A DNA stretch of 64,000 nucleotides. Origin: Nemertoderma westbladi. Lineage: Eukaryota; Animalia; Xenacoelomorpha. The notes beneath the pieces are model-generated. The model saw nothing but the letters and a program-made list of their open reading frames with translations. It made no database searches and was not told where the DNA came from. This document shows, in pieces, positions 12,596 to 22,430 of this stretch. Position 1 is the first letter of the stretch. The number at the start of each line of letters is the position of its first letter. The position numbers and the translations under genes were made by a program. The stretch spans positions 1 to 64,000 of the forward strand of contig JAUCBJ010007525.1 of assembly GCA_032718475.1 (NCBI GenBank), given 5' to 3'.

Positions 12596-15500
12596 ATGTC
12601 TGATACTAAGCAGAACCTGTCAGACAGTTTATTAGATGTAACTATCTGCGACTCAGATAGAGATGTAGAACCATCTAGTCGTAAGTTCAGTTCACCTCCC
12701 ACTGTGAGGAAGGTCATCCCTCCAGTAGTAATAACAGAACCTAGGCTGGTCCAACATCGTAGGTCTATCATAGGCACTCGAGCTCAAGTCAAGCGGGACC
12801 AAGAAGCAGCGGAACAGCAACAACCCGCGAGCCAAGAATTTATTTCTCAGCGGCCCGACAGCTCCAGTAGCGAAGATACGGTAGAACTGACACCCGAGCG
12901 CGGAGCAAAGATGATGGATGCGGTTTATACGGATCCCCTTCTCATCCTTCCTGCAGCCGTACTCGCTAGGTTATTGATTGCGGTGGAAGAACACCAGATC
13001 GATTGGACGAGAAGTCAGCGATCAACTAGAGATAGCTATGCGGGATACACGAGGGAAGAACTGAAGTCTATTGTCGAGTCGCAATGGAACTTCCCCGGAC
13101 CCGGACTCCCGTTTGATTTATCAGAAGCTGCCTGGGAAGACATACACCGGATGGGAGTAGCCAAGGAAACCATCGATCCAGCTGTATGGAAGAGGTCCGC
13201 AGCCGGATACGCACAAGGATTCTTCAGCTCTATGGAGCGAGTAGAAAAACAACTGTTTAAACAACCTCAAGGACCTCAAGAGCAGGGACAACTGCTTTAT
13301 CAAGTTAGAGAAAGAATTCTGCGAATTAGGCTAATCTTATCAGCCTTTGAGGAGGCTTCTAAAAGAAGACAAGACACGTCGTTGCAAGTTGCCGTAAAGA
13401 CTTGGTTTCAACGGGTGAGTCGCCAGGTTCAAGGAGCAGCTCAGTGGAAAGCTCAATTGGAGGAGCGCTCAACCCATGGAGAATCAACGGACGCTATTTC
13501 TTCCCAAGTGGAAAGTGAAGCGACGGCAGAGAAACCGCATAAGAAGGATGCCATTGACATCTATCTGTCAGACTATCAGCGTTTTTTGGGAGATGAAGAG
13601 TTGAGGAGAAGGCTAGATGGACTTAGCCCTAATAGTGAAGGAGCCCAGCGTGTGTTGGATGCAATAGATGTAGATAGGTTAGCGGCGAATCAAGCTAAAT
13701 TCGATGAACAACTCCGCATCGCGAGAGAAAAGGAAGAACAAGTAAGGAAAAAACGTATAGAAGACAGAAAGATAGCAGCCGTGGCAGAGGCAGAAAGAAA
13801 AGCGACCTTAGCAGAAGCAGTGGCAGAGGCAAAAGCGGCAGCAGCAGAAGCCGAGGCAAAGGCAAAAGCGGCAGCAGCAGAAGCCGAGGCAAAGGCAAAA
13901 GCGGCAAAAGCAGAAGCCGAGGCAAAGGCAAAAGTGGCAGCGGCAGAGGCAAAAGCGGCAGCGGCAGAGGCAAAAGCGGCAGCGGCAGAGGCAAAAGCGG
14001 CAGCGGTAGCGGAAGCAGAACGGAGAGCGGCTGAAGAGATCACCCAACTGGAGTTGGAAAATCTTCAAGAGAATCAAGACTGCATAAATAAACAGTTAAC
14101 AGCTAGTAATATGCAGATGATGAATCGATCTACTCCCAAAAGACAGGGATATACATCAACTGAGGAAGGCGATACCACCGATACTGAAGGCAAAGGAAAT
14201 AGATCTCGTCTAAGCAGACGTAAAAGAACATTCCACCGTCAGAAATTGCCTGATTTGCCTCCAGCTGTTAGAAGGCAACTAAATAACACCAACTTAGGTA
14301 GTACAGAGCCCACAGACCAAATAATTAAAATAGAAAGACTCCCTACTATAGTAGATGAGCCTGAAATAATTAGGCCTGTTCTTGAAATCACCCCTTCGGT
14401 GATAGACACACCTGTGCTCCCTGAAACTACCTCTAAATTCCCTCTGCATAGCACTAAGCTACCTGTGCCCCGTAGAACTGCCCGGGAGACAGTTCAGGTC
14501 CTAGACCCCGAGCGAAATATTCCTGATTTGTCGCCCGTGGTCCCTTGTCCGCTCGCTACAACGTTGGCGACTCCCGCTTTGGCGGTCGAATGGGTGGACG
14601 AGAGACGGCGGGGGATGGATATCCTGCTCGGGCAGATGCAGGAGACTGTCCAGCAATTCAAGGGCACAGTAAGGGAAAGTAGACTAGAGTTGCAAGAAGT
14701 GCAGCAAAGTATCGCGCTAGAGCGCGATAAATTAGTAAATACTCAAAAGGGTATACTGCCACCCTCTGTAACAATGTGTCAACCTGTTAGGTCTGAAGTA
14801 TCTCATGCGCAAGGTGTGGAGCCTACACGCATATATACTGCTAGCGAAGTAGAAACTCCTATAGTGAACCCTATTAAGGGTAATTATAGACCTGTTGATA
14901 ATGACATTCCCTATAGAACTGATCATAATCCGAGAAATTTATATACCGATAACTCGATATTAAACAACACGATGGCCCAAGAAAGTTTTACGCGTCAAAT
15001 GGCTAGAACCGAAGCCCGGCAAGCAGTAAAGGTGGGAGAGATCGTCAAGTTCAATGGAGATGAGATGAAATGGTTACCTTTTAATGAATATTACAAAGAT
15101 AACATACAGAACTCTGTACTATCTAATGGAGAAAAACTTAGATACCTCATCGAGTGCTTGGAAGGATCTCCCAAGTTAATGGCGTTAAAGTTTATTGGAC
15201 ATCCAGACGGATTAAGACAAGTTTGGGACACACTAAACATCAGGTATGGTAATAGGAATAATATCGCTAAGTATTTATATGCAAAATTAGTAGCGCCCAG
15301 AAAGTTCATCAGCAGTGGGATAATAGAGTTTTCCGATGAGATTCAAGAGATCTGTAGACAATTAGATTGGTTAGGTAAGTCTCATGAATACCAAAGTTCT
15401 ATGGTCATTGGAGCTGTGGCTTCTACTTTACCGAAAGGTGGGGTAGGCACACGCTGGGATAAGAAAGTACTATATATGATGGAACAACAACGACGAGACC

Positions 15501-18500
15501 CTACCATGACTGATCTCATGTCATTCTTGGATGGAGAAGTGAAATTGCAACTCCTCAAGCAGTCCCGAGAGAAGACACCGGAAAACAAGGTAAGTGAAAA
15601 ACCCGTCTCTAGGAGAAAGGTAACACCAGTGTGTTATACAGACGACGGCGAAAGCCAGACTTCTCAAGGAGAAGATAGCGGGAAAGACACTGATAGATCT
15701 TATTATGTCAATAAGATGCCTAAAGATCAGGTAAGTAAATTCAAGTCTCTAGCAAATGACAGGAGGGAACAGGTAAGAAAAACTCCTCCCACGTCTCCCA
15801 AGAGAATTCAGGTGAGAAAGCCCGAAGAAAGGGCAAGTGTACACAATGTGACTCAGAATAAAGTAAGTAACATCAAACCGAAATGTGCGCTGTGTGACGG
15901 GACCCACCATTTGAATAGGTGTGATGAATTTCTAAAGAAATCATTAACGGAGAGACGCGAAGTCATGTGGGATAAGCGGTTATGTTATAATTGCCTCAGA
16001 CAAGGACACCAACGGCGAACCTGTTTCTCTGACATAAGGTGTGCAAAGTGTGGTGCGAAACATCATATCTTGTTGCACGCTGAATTCGATCGAAATAGTC
16101 AGAATCAGGTAAGTGATTCCGAGCTACATGTCCAATTCAGTGATGTGAACGACACTGATCAATCTGAGATGGAAGGATTCTATACAGACGAGTTCTCCAA
16201 TGAAAACGAATCCTGTTACATGATAAATACCGCAGTGTATCGAGCACTCACATATGAAAAGGATACAGACAACGACTTCACTCTAACTACTTCTGAGCGA
16301 CAACCATCTTGGAAAGAACCATCTTCCAATGTAGGGATCCGAGAGTTTCCTGTGGTGCAAGTAAGGGTTCACGGACCTAAGAGGAGTTATGTAGTGAACG
16401 CCCTCCTTGACTCCGGTAGTACAGGAACATTCATCGACAAAGAGCTAGCCGAAGATATATTTGCCGGACAACCCAAGTTCCAAACTAAGCTCAACATGTC
16501 CGGCATTATGCAAGTTTGGAAATCTACAATAATAGCTGATTATTATGTAGGCGCGTTGTCCACCCCACAAGACGAACTAGGAGAACATAGCATAAGGTCA
16601 GTGAAAATGGTAGCTATAAAGAACTTCGCTACTACTCAAGCAGACCTTTATAATTGGGACGAGGATGAGAGCATCCAACATCTTAACATACCTCGATTCC
16701 AGACTGATTATCCTGGAGTGCAAATACTCATCGGCCAAAACGCGCATGAGGCGCTGGAGACATTAGAGAAACGGCCTGCTCAACCGCAGCCCCTACAGAC
16801 CTATGCGGTAAGAACTAGAGTAGGTTGGTACTTTACTGGCCCTTCCCGTAGAACACTCAGAGAAAGACTACCGCCAGAGAGCGTATGCCAGTTGAGTGAA
16901 TGGGAAGATGATACCAGTGAGGGAGACAACTTAACTGAGGGAACTCCATACTCCTCAGATAATGACGACGTTCACCAGCTTTTTGATGAGGAGAATACCA
17001 TCGATCTCCTTAAGGAAAACGAGGCTTGGCAAAACCAAGTTAACTTATGTCAACTTCTCTATCCATCTGAACGAGAAGTTTATAACGACGAGTTAAATGA
17101 CGTCATTGAGCGTTGCAATGCCAAGACTCGAGATGAACATGCTGTACGATTCTTTACGCAAGAGGCGGTAGAGCCCAATTCCTACGATAAAGCCTTATCG
17201 GTGGAAGAGGAAAGGGCCAAGCAGATCCAAGAGACAACTACACGTTTCCTCAAAGATCAAGGCAGGTATGAAGTCGGTTTACCTTTTCGCAAGAGAGAAC
17301 CGAAGTTCATCAATAACAGACCTTTGGCGGAAAAAAGAATCGCGCAACTCCATCGACACCTTACGGCTAATTCTTCAGCTAAAGCAATGTATCAAACACA
17401 GCTGGAGAAATTTATTAGTAAGGGATACGCGGAGAGAGTACCGGAAGAAACACCTGTGACTGAAAGAACGTATTACTTAACTCACCATTACGTTCCTAAA
17501 CCCGGTAAGCCACATGAAGTGAGAGTAGTGTTTGATGGTTCCGCTCTTTACATGGGTCAATCCCTTAACTCTGAATTGTTACCCGGACCCAACTTGCTTC
17601 AATCTTTGTTGGGAATTCTTTTAAGGTTGAGACAATATTCGATTGCTTTCGCCTCCGATATAGAAGGCATGTTCTTACAAGTCAAGGTGCTAGATAGGGA
17701 TCGAGATAGTCTACGATTTCTGTGGTGGCCCGAAGGAGATCTCAACCAGAAACCGGTGGAGTACTGGATGACCATCCAGGCCTTCGGGATAATCTCAAGC
17801 CCTTCCAACGCCTGTTCGGTAGTGCGTACCACTGCAGAGGACAACCGAGAGGCATTCTCTAAGGAAGTGATCGACAACATCAAGAGAGACATATATATGG
17901 ACGACAATCTGAAGTCCCTTCCATCAGTTGAGGAAGCCATTGAGGTCGCTAAAGGAACGGTAGAGTGCTTAAAAAGAGGTGGATTTCGATTAACCAAATT
18001 CACCAGCAACTCCCGTGAGTTTCTGGAGTCGATCCCTGCGGAGGATCGAGGAGCGAAAGATCTCGATTTGATCAAAGATGATCTGCCAGAAACCAAGACA
18101 CTCGGCTTGAAATGGGACACAGAGCGAGATATCCTGTTTTTCCAGCTAAAACAGCGAGATAATCCAGTTCGAACCAAACGGATTTGCTTAAGTATACTGA
18201 GCACTTATTTCGATCCATTGGGATTTATTAGCCCAGTTATATTGATTGCTCGTAGTTTGGTACAACAAATGTGGCTTGAAAACCACTCATGGGACGATCC
18301 ACTTAAGGGAGAATTATTAAAGAAGTGGATGAAATGGGAAGATTCTCTGCCGGCTATCGAGGATTTTATAATTTCCCGTTCATATTTTGGTCATGTTCTC
18401 CCTACGTATTCCTATCAACTCCATGTGTTTGGAGACGCCAGCGATATGGGAATAGGTATAGTAGCCTATCTAAGGGTGGAAACTCCGGATGGAATCAAAG

Positions 18501-20779
18501 TCACCTTGGTTACTTCTAAGGCATTAATCAACAACAAGTTGAAAGTTCCTCGAGCGGAGTTAAAAGCGGCTCTATACGCTACAGCCATCGGCCGGAATGT
18601 AACCGAACAGATTGACTATCCATTAGAGAAAACTGTCTATTGGACCGACGCTTTACTCGTGTTAGAGTATATAACCAATGAAGTCTGTCAGTTCAGCGTC
18701 TTCGTTACCAACAGGGTAGCCATCATACTTAGTCGCACGACGATGGACCAATGGAGACATTGCCCCGGAACGATTAATCCAGCAGACATCGCGTCCCGAG
18801 GAGCGACTCCAAAGGAATTGGTAAATACTCCCGAATGGTTAGGAGGACCCGACTTTCTCTACAGAGAAGAAGAAGAATGGCCTCCTCATCTCACCACAGC
18901 AGAGATCAGACAGGCCAAGGGAGCGGAGAAAGTTAAACCCAAAACTCGAGCGAGTAAATCGAAGTTGTTTAAACCTGCGGTTGATCTATCTGTATTAGTT
19001 ACTTCCGGAGAGGATGCTTTGGATCAGAAACCCACCGCCACGACTAGAGAAGTCTTGGAAATCCGTGACAAGGATTGGAAATCTGGAATACCAGATATTT
19101 CGCAAGGACTCTCGCCTCTCTTGCAGAGAGCGATACGTCACTACAGTTCCTGGAATCGGCTCTGTAAAGCTGTCACCTATCTGAAACGATGTTTTCATCA
19201 TCGTTACTCCGGGACAAAGACCCATAGTGATGATGCTCCATCAACATCTGCACGAGTCCATGTTGTTAAAGATCTTCCCCAATACAAGGTATCCGACAGG
19301 TTTCTAAAGGAGAAGATCAGTTACCAGGAGCATGATGAAACCAACAAACAGATGCTGAGACTCCTACAATGCTATGAGGATTCCGATAAGTATTTCCTGT
19401 TATTAAGAAATCCACAGATGCGCTTAAGGGATCGCTTCTCTAGTACCATGATAGATGGGTTAATATGTGTTGGAGGCAGGCTAACCAATGCCCCATTATC
19501 CTTTGACACTAAGTTTCCCATCCTCATTAGAAATCTTGACATACAAATCAAGATAATTGTAGATGTTCATAGCAAACTGTATCATGCTGGTAGAGAACGA
19601 GTTCTGAGCGAAATTCGAACTCGCTACTATTTTTATAAACCCCGTAGGGCTCTGAACCAAGTTCTTAGGAACTGCATACCCTGTAGGAAAGCATTCAGTA
19701 GGCCTTTAACACAGCGAGAGGCAGAATTACCTAGGGAAAGAGTAAGCTTCTATGAACCACCCTTTACTAATACCGGTGTGGATTTATTTGGCCCTATTGA
19801 AGTATATCGTGCCCGGACTATAGTCAAGAGATGGTGTGTCATCTTCGTTTGTATGACTTGTAGAGCTATCCATCTCGATATGGTAAACGATCTATCCACC
19901 AACAGCTTCGTGTTGAGTTTACGACGACAGATCGCTCGCTTCGGAACCAGTAACACGATGAGATCGGATAAGGGAACGAACTTCATTGGCGCCAACAACG
20001 AAATTCAAGCTTACGTAAAGGACTGGAACAAAAGACAGGTGGACGATCAGCTAAGGATAACAGCGTCTAGCTGGACCTTCAACGCCGCCGACGCCCCTTG
20101 GTGGGGAGGAAGTTGGGAGAGATTGATTAGGAGCGTGAAGACTGCGTTCCACTTTATTGTGCCTTGTCGCGCTTATCTCACCGACGAACTATTGCGGACG
20201 TTAATGGAGGAAATCGCCGCCTATCTCAACGAAAGACCGCTTATGCCAGTCTCTTCAAATCCGGATTCCCTGGAAGCGCTAACACCCGCGCACTTTCTAC
20301 TGAAGAAACCCGTAGCCATGCTCCCACGATCGGAGATCACAGACGGAGACGAGTACTGCCGTCGAACCTGGCAACTTATGCAGTTGCTATCCCGTCGTTT
20401 CGCTGACCATTTCGAGAAACATTACCTGCCCACTCTACAACTTCGAACTAAGTGGTTTGCGCAGCAAGAAAACGTCAGCGCTGGAGACATGGTGCTTATT
20501 GTGGACCCCGATCTCCCACGTAAGCGATGGCAAACAGGACGTATCATCGAGACTTATATCTCGAGCGATGGTTTGGTGCGATCAGTAGAGCTCGTCGTCA
20601 TGCGGCGGAACTTTAAGAAACCAGGGATAGTCTTTGAGACTCAACAGCTCAATCGCCCAGTGGGACGTTTATGTTTACTGGAAAGAGACAGAGAGCTCTC
20701 CGGAAACTATGGAAGGCAAGAAACTCTTCCCACGACCACTTCCCTAATCCAACCGACATCTAGGGACTCCCCAACTTAA
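12596..20779 (+). CDS. gag-pol: BEL/Pao Gag-Pol polyprotein, 2727 aa
   Basis: BEL triple Cys/His cluster (CALCDGTHHLNRC, CYNCLRQGHQRRTC, CAKCGAKHHILLH), protease LLDSGS, RT IYMDD, Pao RNase H FGDAS, integrase GVDLFGP..RSDKGTNF..WGGSWERL; uninterrupted. Confidence 0.97.
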   Translation: MSDTKQNLSDSLLDVTICDSDRDVEPSSRKFSSPPTVRKVIPPVVITEPRLVQHRRSIIGTRAQVKRDQEAAEQQQPASQEFISQRPDSSSSEDTVELTPERGAKMMDAVYTDPLLILPAAVLARLLIAVEEHQIDWTRSQRSTRDSYAGYTREELKSIVESQWNFPGPGLPFDLSEAAWEDIHRMGVAKETIDPAVWKRSAAGYAQGFFSSMERVEKQLFKQPQGPQEQGQLLYQVRERILRIRLILSAFEEASKRRQDTSLQVAVKTWFQRVSRQVQGAAQWKAQLEERSTHGESTDAISSQVESEATAEKPHKKDAIDIYLSDYQRFLGDEELRRRLDGLSPNSEGAQRVLDAIDVDRLAANQAKFDEQLRIAREKEEQVRKKRIEDRKIAAVAEAERKATLAEAVAEAKAAAAEAEAKAKAAAAEAEAKAKAAKAEAEAKAKVAAAEAKAAAAEAKAAAAEAKAAAVAEAERRAAEEITQLELENLQENQDCINKQLTASNMQMMNRSTPKRQGYTSTEEGDTTDTEGKGNRSRLSRRKRTFHRQKLPDLPPAVRRQLNNTNLGSTEPTDQIIKIERLPTIVDEPEIIRPVLEITPSVIDTPVLPETTSKFPLHSTKLPVPRRTARETVQVLDPERNIPDLSPVVPCPLATTLATPALAVEWVDERRRGMDILLGQMQETVQQFKGTVRESRLELQEVQQSIALERDKLVNTQKGILPPSVTMCQPVRSEVSHAQGVEPTRIYTASEVETPIVNPIKGNYRPVDNDIPYRTDHNPRNLYTDNSILNNTMAQESFTRQMARTEARQAVKVGEIVKFNGDEMKWLPFNEYYKDNIQNSVLSNGEKLRYLIECLEGSPKLMALKFIGHPDGLRQVWDTLNIRYGNRNNIAKYLYAKLVAPRKFISSGIIEFSDEIQEICRQLDWLGKSHEYQSSMVIGAVASTLPKGGVGTRWDKKVLYMMEQQRRDPTMTDLMSFLDGEVKLQLLKQSREKTPENKVSEKPVSRRKVTPVCYTDDGESQTSQGEDSGKDTDRSYYVNKMPKDQVSKFKSLANDRREQVRKTPPTSPKRIQVRKPEERASVHNVTQNKVSNIKPKCALCDGTHHLNRCDEFLKKSLTERREVMWDKRLCYNCLRQGHQRRTCFSDIRCAKCGAKHHILLHAEFDRNSQNQVSDSELHVQFSDVNDTDQSEMEGFYTDEFSNENESCYMINTAVYRALTYEKDTDNDFTLTTSERQPSWKEPSSNVGIREFPVVQVRVHGPKRSYVVNALLDSGSTGTFIDKELAEDIFAGQPKFQTKLNMSGIMQVWKSTIIADYYVGALSTPQDELGEHSIRSVKMVAIKNFATTQADLYNWDEDESIQHLNIPRFQTDYPGVQILIGQNAHEALETLEKRPAQPQPLQTYAVRTRVGWYFTGPSRRTLRERLPPESVCQLSEWEDDTSEGDNLTEGTPYSSDNDDVHQLFDEENTIDLLKENEAWQNQVNLCQLLYPSEREVYNDELNDVIERCNAKTRDEHAVRFFTQEAVEPNSYDKALSVEEERAKQIQETTTRFLKDQGRYEVGLPFRKREPKFINNRPLAEKRIAQLHRHLTANSSAKAMYQTQLEKFISKGYAERVPEETPVTERTYYLTHHYVPKPGKPHEVRVVFDGSALYMGQSLNSELLPGPNLLQSLLGILLRLRQYSIAFASDIEGMFLQVKVLDRDRDSLRFLWWPEGDLNQKPVEYWMTIQAFGIISSPSNACSVVRTTAEDNREAFSKEVIDNIKRDIYMDDNLKSLPSVEEAIEVAKGTVECLKRGGFRLTKFTSNSREFLESIPAEDRGAKDLDLIKDDLPETKTLGLKWDTERDILFFQLKQRDNPVRTKRICLSILSTYFDPLGFISPVILIARSLVQQMWLENHSWDDPLKGELLKKWMKWEDSLPAIEDFIISRSYFGHVLPTYSYQLHVFGDASDMGIGIVAYLRVETPDGIKVTLVTSKALINNKLKVPRAELKAALYATAIGRNVTEQIDYPLEKTVYWTDALLVLEYITNEVCQFSVFVTNRVAIILSRTTMDQWRHCPGTINPADIASRGATPKELVNTPEWLGGPDFLYREEEEWPPHLTTAEIRQAKGAEKVKPKTRASKSKLFKPAVDLSVLVTSGEDALDQKPTATTREVLEIRDKDWKSGIPDISQGLSPLLQRAIRHYSSWNRLCKAVTYLKRCFHHRYSGTKTHSDDAPSTSARVHVVKDLPQYKVSDRFLKEKISYQEHDETNKQMLRLLQCYEDSDKYFLLLRNPQMRLRDRFSSTMIDGLICVGGRLTNAPLSFDTKFPILIRNLDIQIKIIVDVHSKLYHAGRERVLSEIRTRYYFYKPRRALNQVLRNCIPCRKAFSRPLTQREAELPRERVSFYEPPFTNTGVDLFGPIEVYRARTIVKRWCVIFVCMTCRAIHLDMVNDLSTNSFVLSLRRQIARFGTSNTMRSDKGTNFIGANNEIQAYVKDWNKRQVDDQLRITASSWTFNAADAPWWGGSWERLIRSVKTAFHFIVPCRAYLTDELLRTLMEEIAAYLNERPLMPVSSNPDSLEALTPAHFLLKKPVAMLPRSEITDGDEYCRRTWQLMQLLSRRFADHFEKHYLPTLQLRTKWFAQQENVSAGDMVLIVDPDLPRKRWQTGRIIETYISSDGLVRSVELVVMRRNFKKPGIVFETQQLNRPVGRLCLLERDRELSGNYGRQETLPTTTSLIQPTSRDSPT

Positions 20780-21106
20780 TATCGTTCGGAGTGGGCGTGT
20801 GACTCTATTATTTTATATTATTTTATTATTTTTATATTTATGTATGTATTACTATGTAATTTTATTATAATCGTTTTATTTAATTTAGTAGAATATTATT
20901 TAGCGATTATTTTGTAGAATAGTGCAATATATTCGTGTTTATTACGTACGTAATTACTTATATTATATTTAGTGAGACGGCGAAGAAATAATTATTTTTC
21001 TCTTTCCTTACTGTCCGTATTATATTATAAATACGTAACTACAGTAAGATGAAATGTCTGTACTTATTAAAGTACAATAAAGCCACTACTATATTTAAGT
21101 ATTATT

Positions 21107-22060
21107 GGTAGGCAGAGTATTAGGAATTCAAAGTTCAGATCCTCGTGTCTCGGCTAAACCAAGCTCTGGGTAGACCTTGGAAACGACTTGCCTCTTCACA
21201 CTGACATTGCTTCGTGCGATATTGCTCTCATACCGTATATTAAATAATACATATAGTAGCGTGATGTCCCTTTAACAGTAGCGTATAACGCAAAATAAAT
21301 CTGTTAAACCCTTTGACCATCTGTAATTCTAGTCGATTAAGATATCGCGGCACCCACCGATATACTTGAAAGACAAATTCTAGAATCAGTGGTTAACGTC
21401 CCCAGACAAGTTCTGGAATAAATCGGTGCCCATCTCAAATATTAATTATTTAATATTTGCAAATCTAATAAATCAGAATCTGTAAAATTCAGATCCTTCA
21501 ACAATTCTAGTCAATTAAGATATCGTAGCATTTACCGATATTCTTAAAAAAGACAATTGTCATAGAATTAAGGATCTTGTGTCCCTAGACATGTTCTAGA
21601 ATCAAAATATGTCCATTTAATTATCAAATAATAAAATTTCAGGGAATAAATTTAAATTCATGCCTTTTAATGAATTTAATAAATTGCCATTTTTACGCAA
21701 TTTATAACATTCCCAAAATTCCATTAATTAATAGATCAAGGGAGCGGAGATTTATCTTATTATGCATATGAGTGTGCGAAAGTCTCCCAAACATAGTCAA
21801 TAGCCGATAAAATTCATAAAGTCATGTATAAAACAGAACATTGACTATTAAAGAATACTATTAAATAACATCCCAAATCTGTATGCATTGGAATTACCCT
21901 AATTCTACCGCTAGCTTTGCATAATGTCACCATAGCAACAACCACGCTAGAATTAGAATGGAGTTAAAAGAACAATAGAAAGCTTGTCCCATTGAATAGC
22001 ATAGGGAATAAATAGCGCACTACTAGTATCCAAGGATACATAATAATACAGTGACATTCT
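21107..22060 (+). other. Array of predicted RNA hairpins between pol and ORF2 (candidate cis-acting RNA)
   Basis: Two paralogous multi-stem units (21313-21432, 21491-21617) with compensatory changes; further stems TTTAACAG/CTGTTAAA, ATAGTCAAT/ATTGACTAT, CTAATTCTA/TAGAATTAG. Confidence 0.55.
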
Positions 22061-22430
22061 GGAAGGCATTGACTAACGGACAAATGGCCCGAATGTGCGT
22101 AGTTATGACCAGTTGTGTGGTATTTGTGAGTTTATAGGTGAATGTTACTGCTAAAGTGTGTTTACAGTAGCTAGTCGCAATCGTAAAAGTAACCTAACTC
22201 TCCAAGGAAAACCTGAAGTACATCTAAGCCTTTGGGACGGACAGTTGAGTGACTTGTGCCGGTTATCGTTGTCGTTGTACGGCTACGTCGTTGGCGAAAG
22301 TATAGCGACAGCGGTACATCGGCGCTGAGAATCTCATACTGTCCGGGGGCAAGGGAGAAATAGGCAGCGACGCCCGCTCGCCTAACAATATATAAACTCA
22401 TTATAATATTGGTGAACTTGTATAGCAGAT

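Noticed and set aside
13690-14077. Antisense low-complexity ORFs, and other short ORFs nested in gag-pol, pol and pPolB
   Set aside because: Shadows of the sense-strand coding or repeat sequence
21107-22060. Known self-cleaving ribozyme (hammerhead/HDV) in the hairpin array
   Set aside because: No CUGANGA/GAAA hammerhead core or HDV nested pseudoknot recognised by eye
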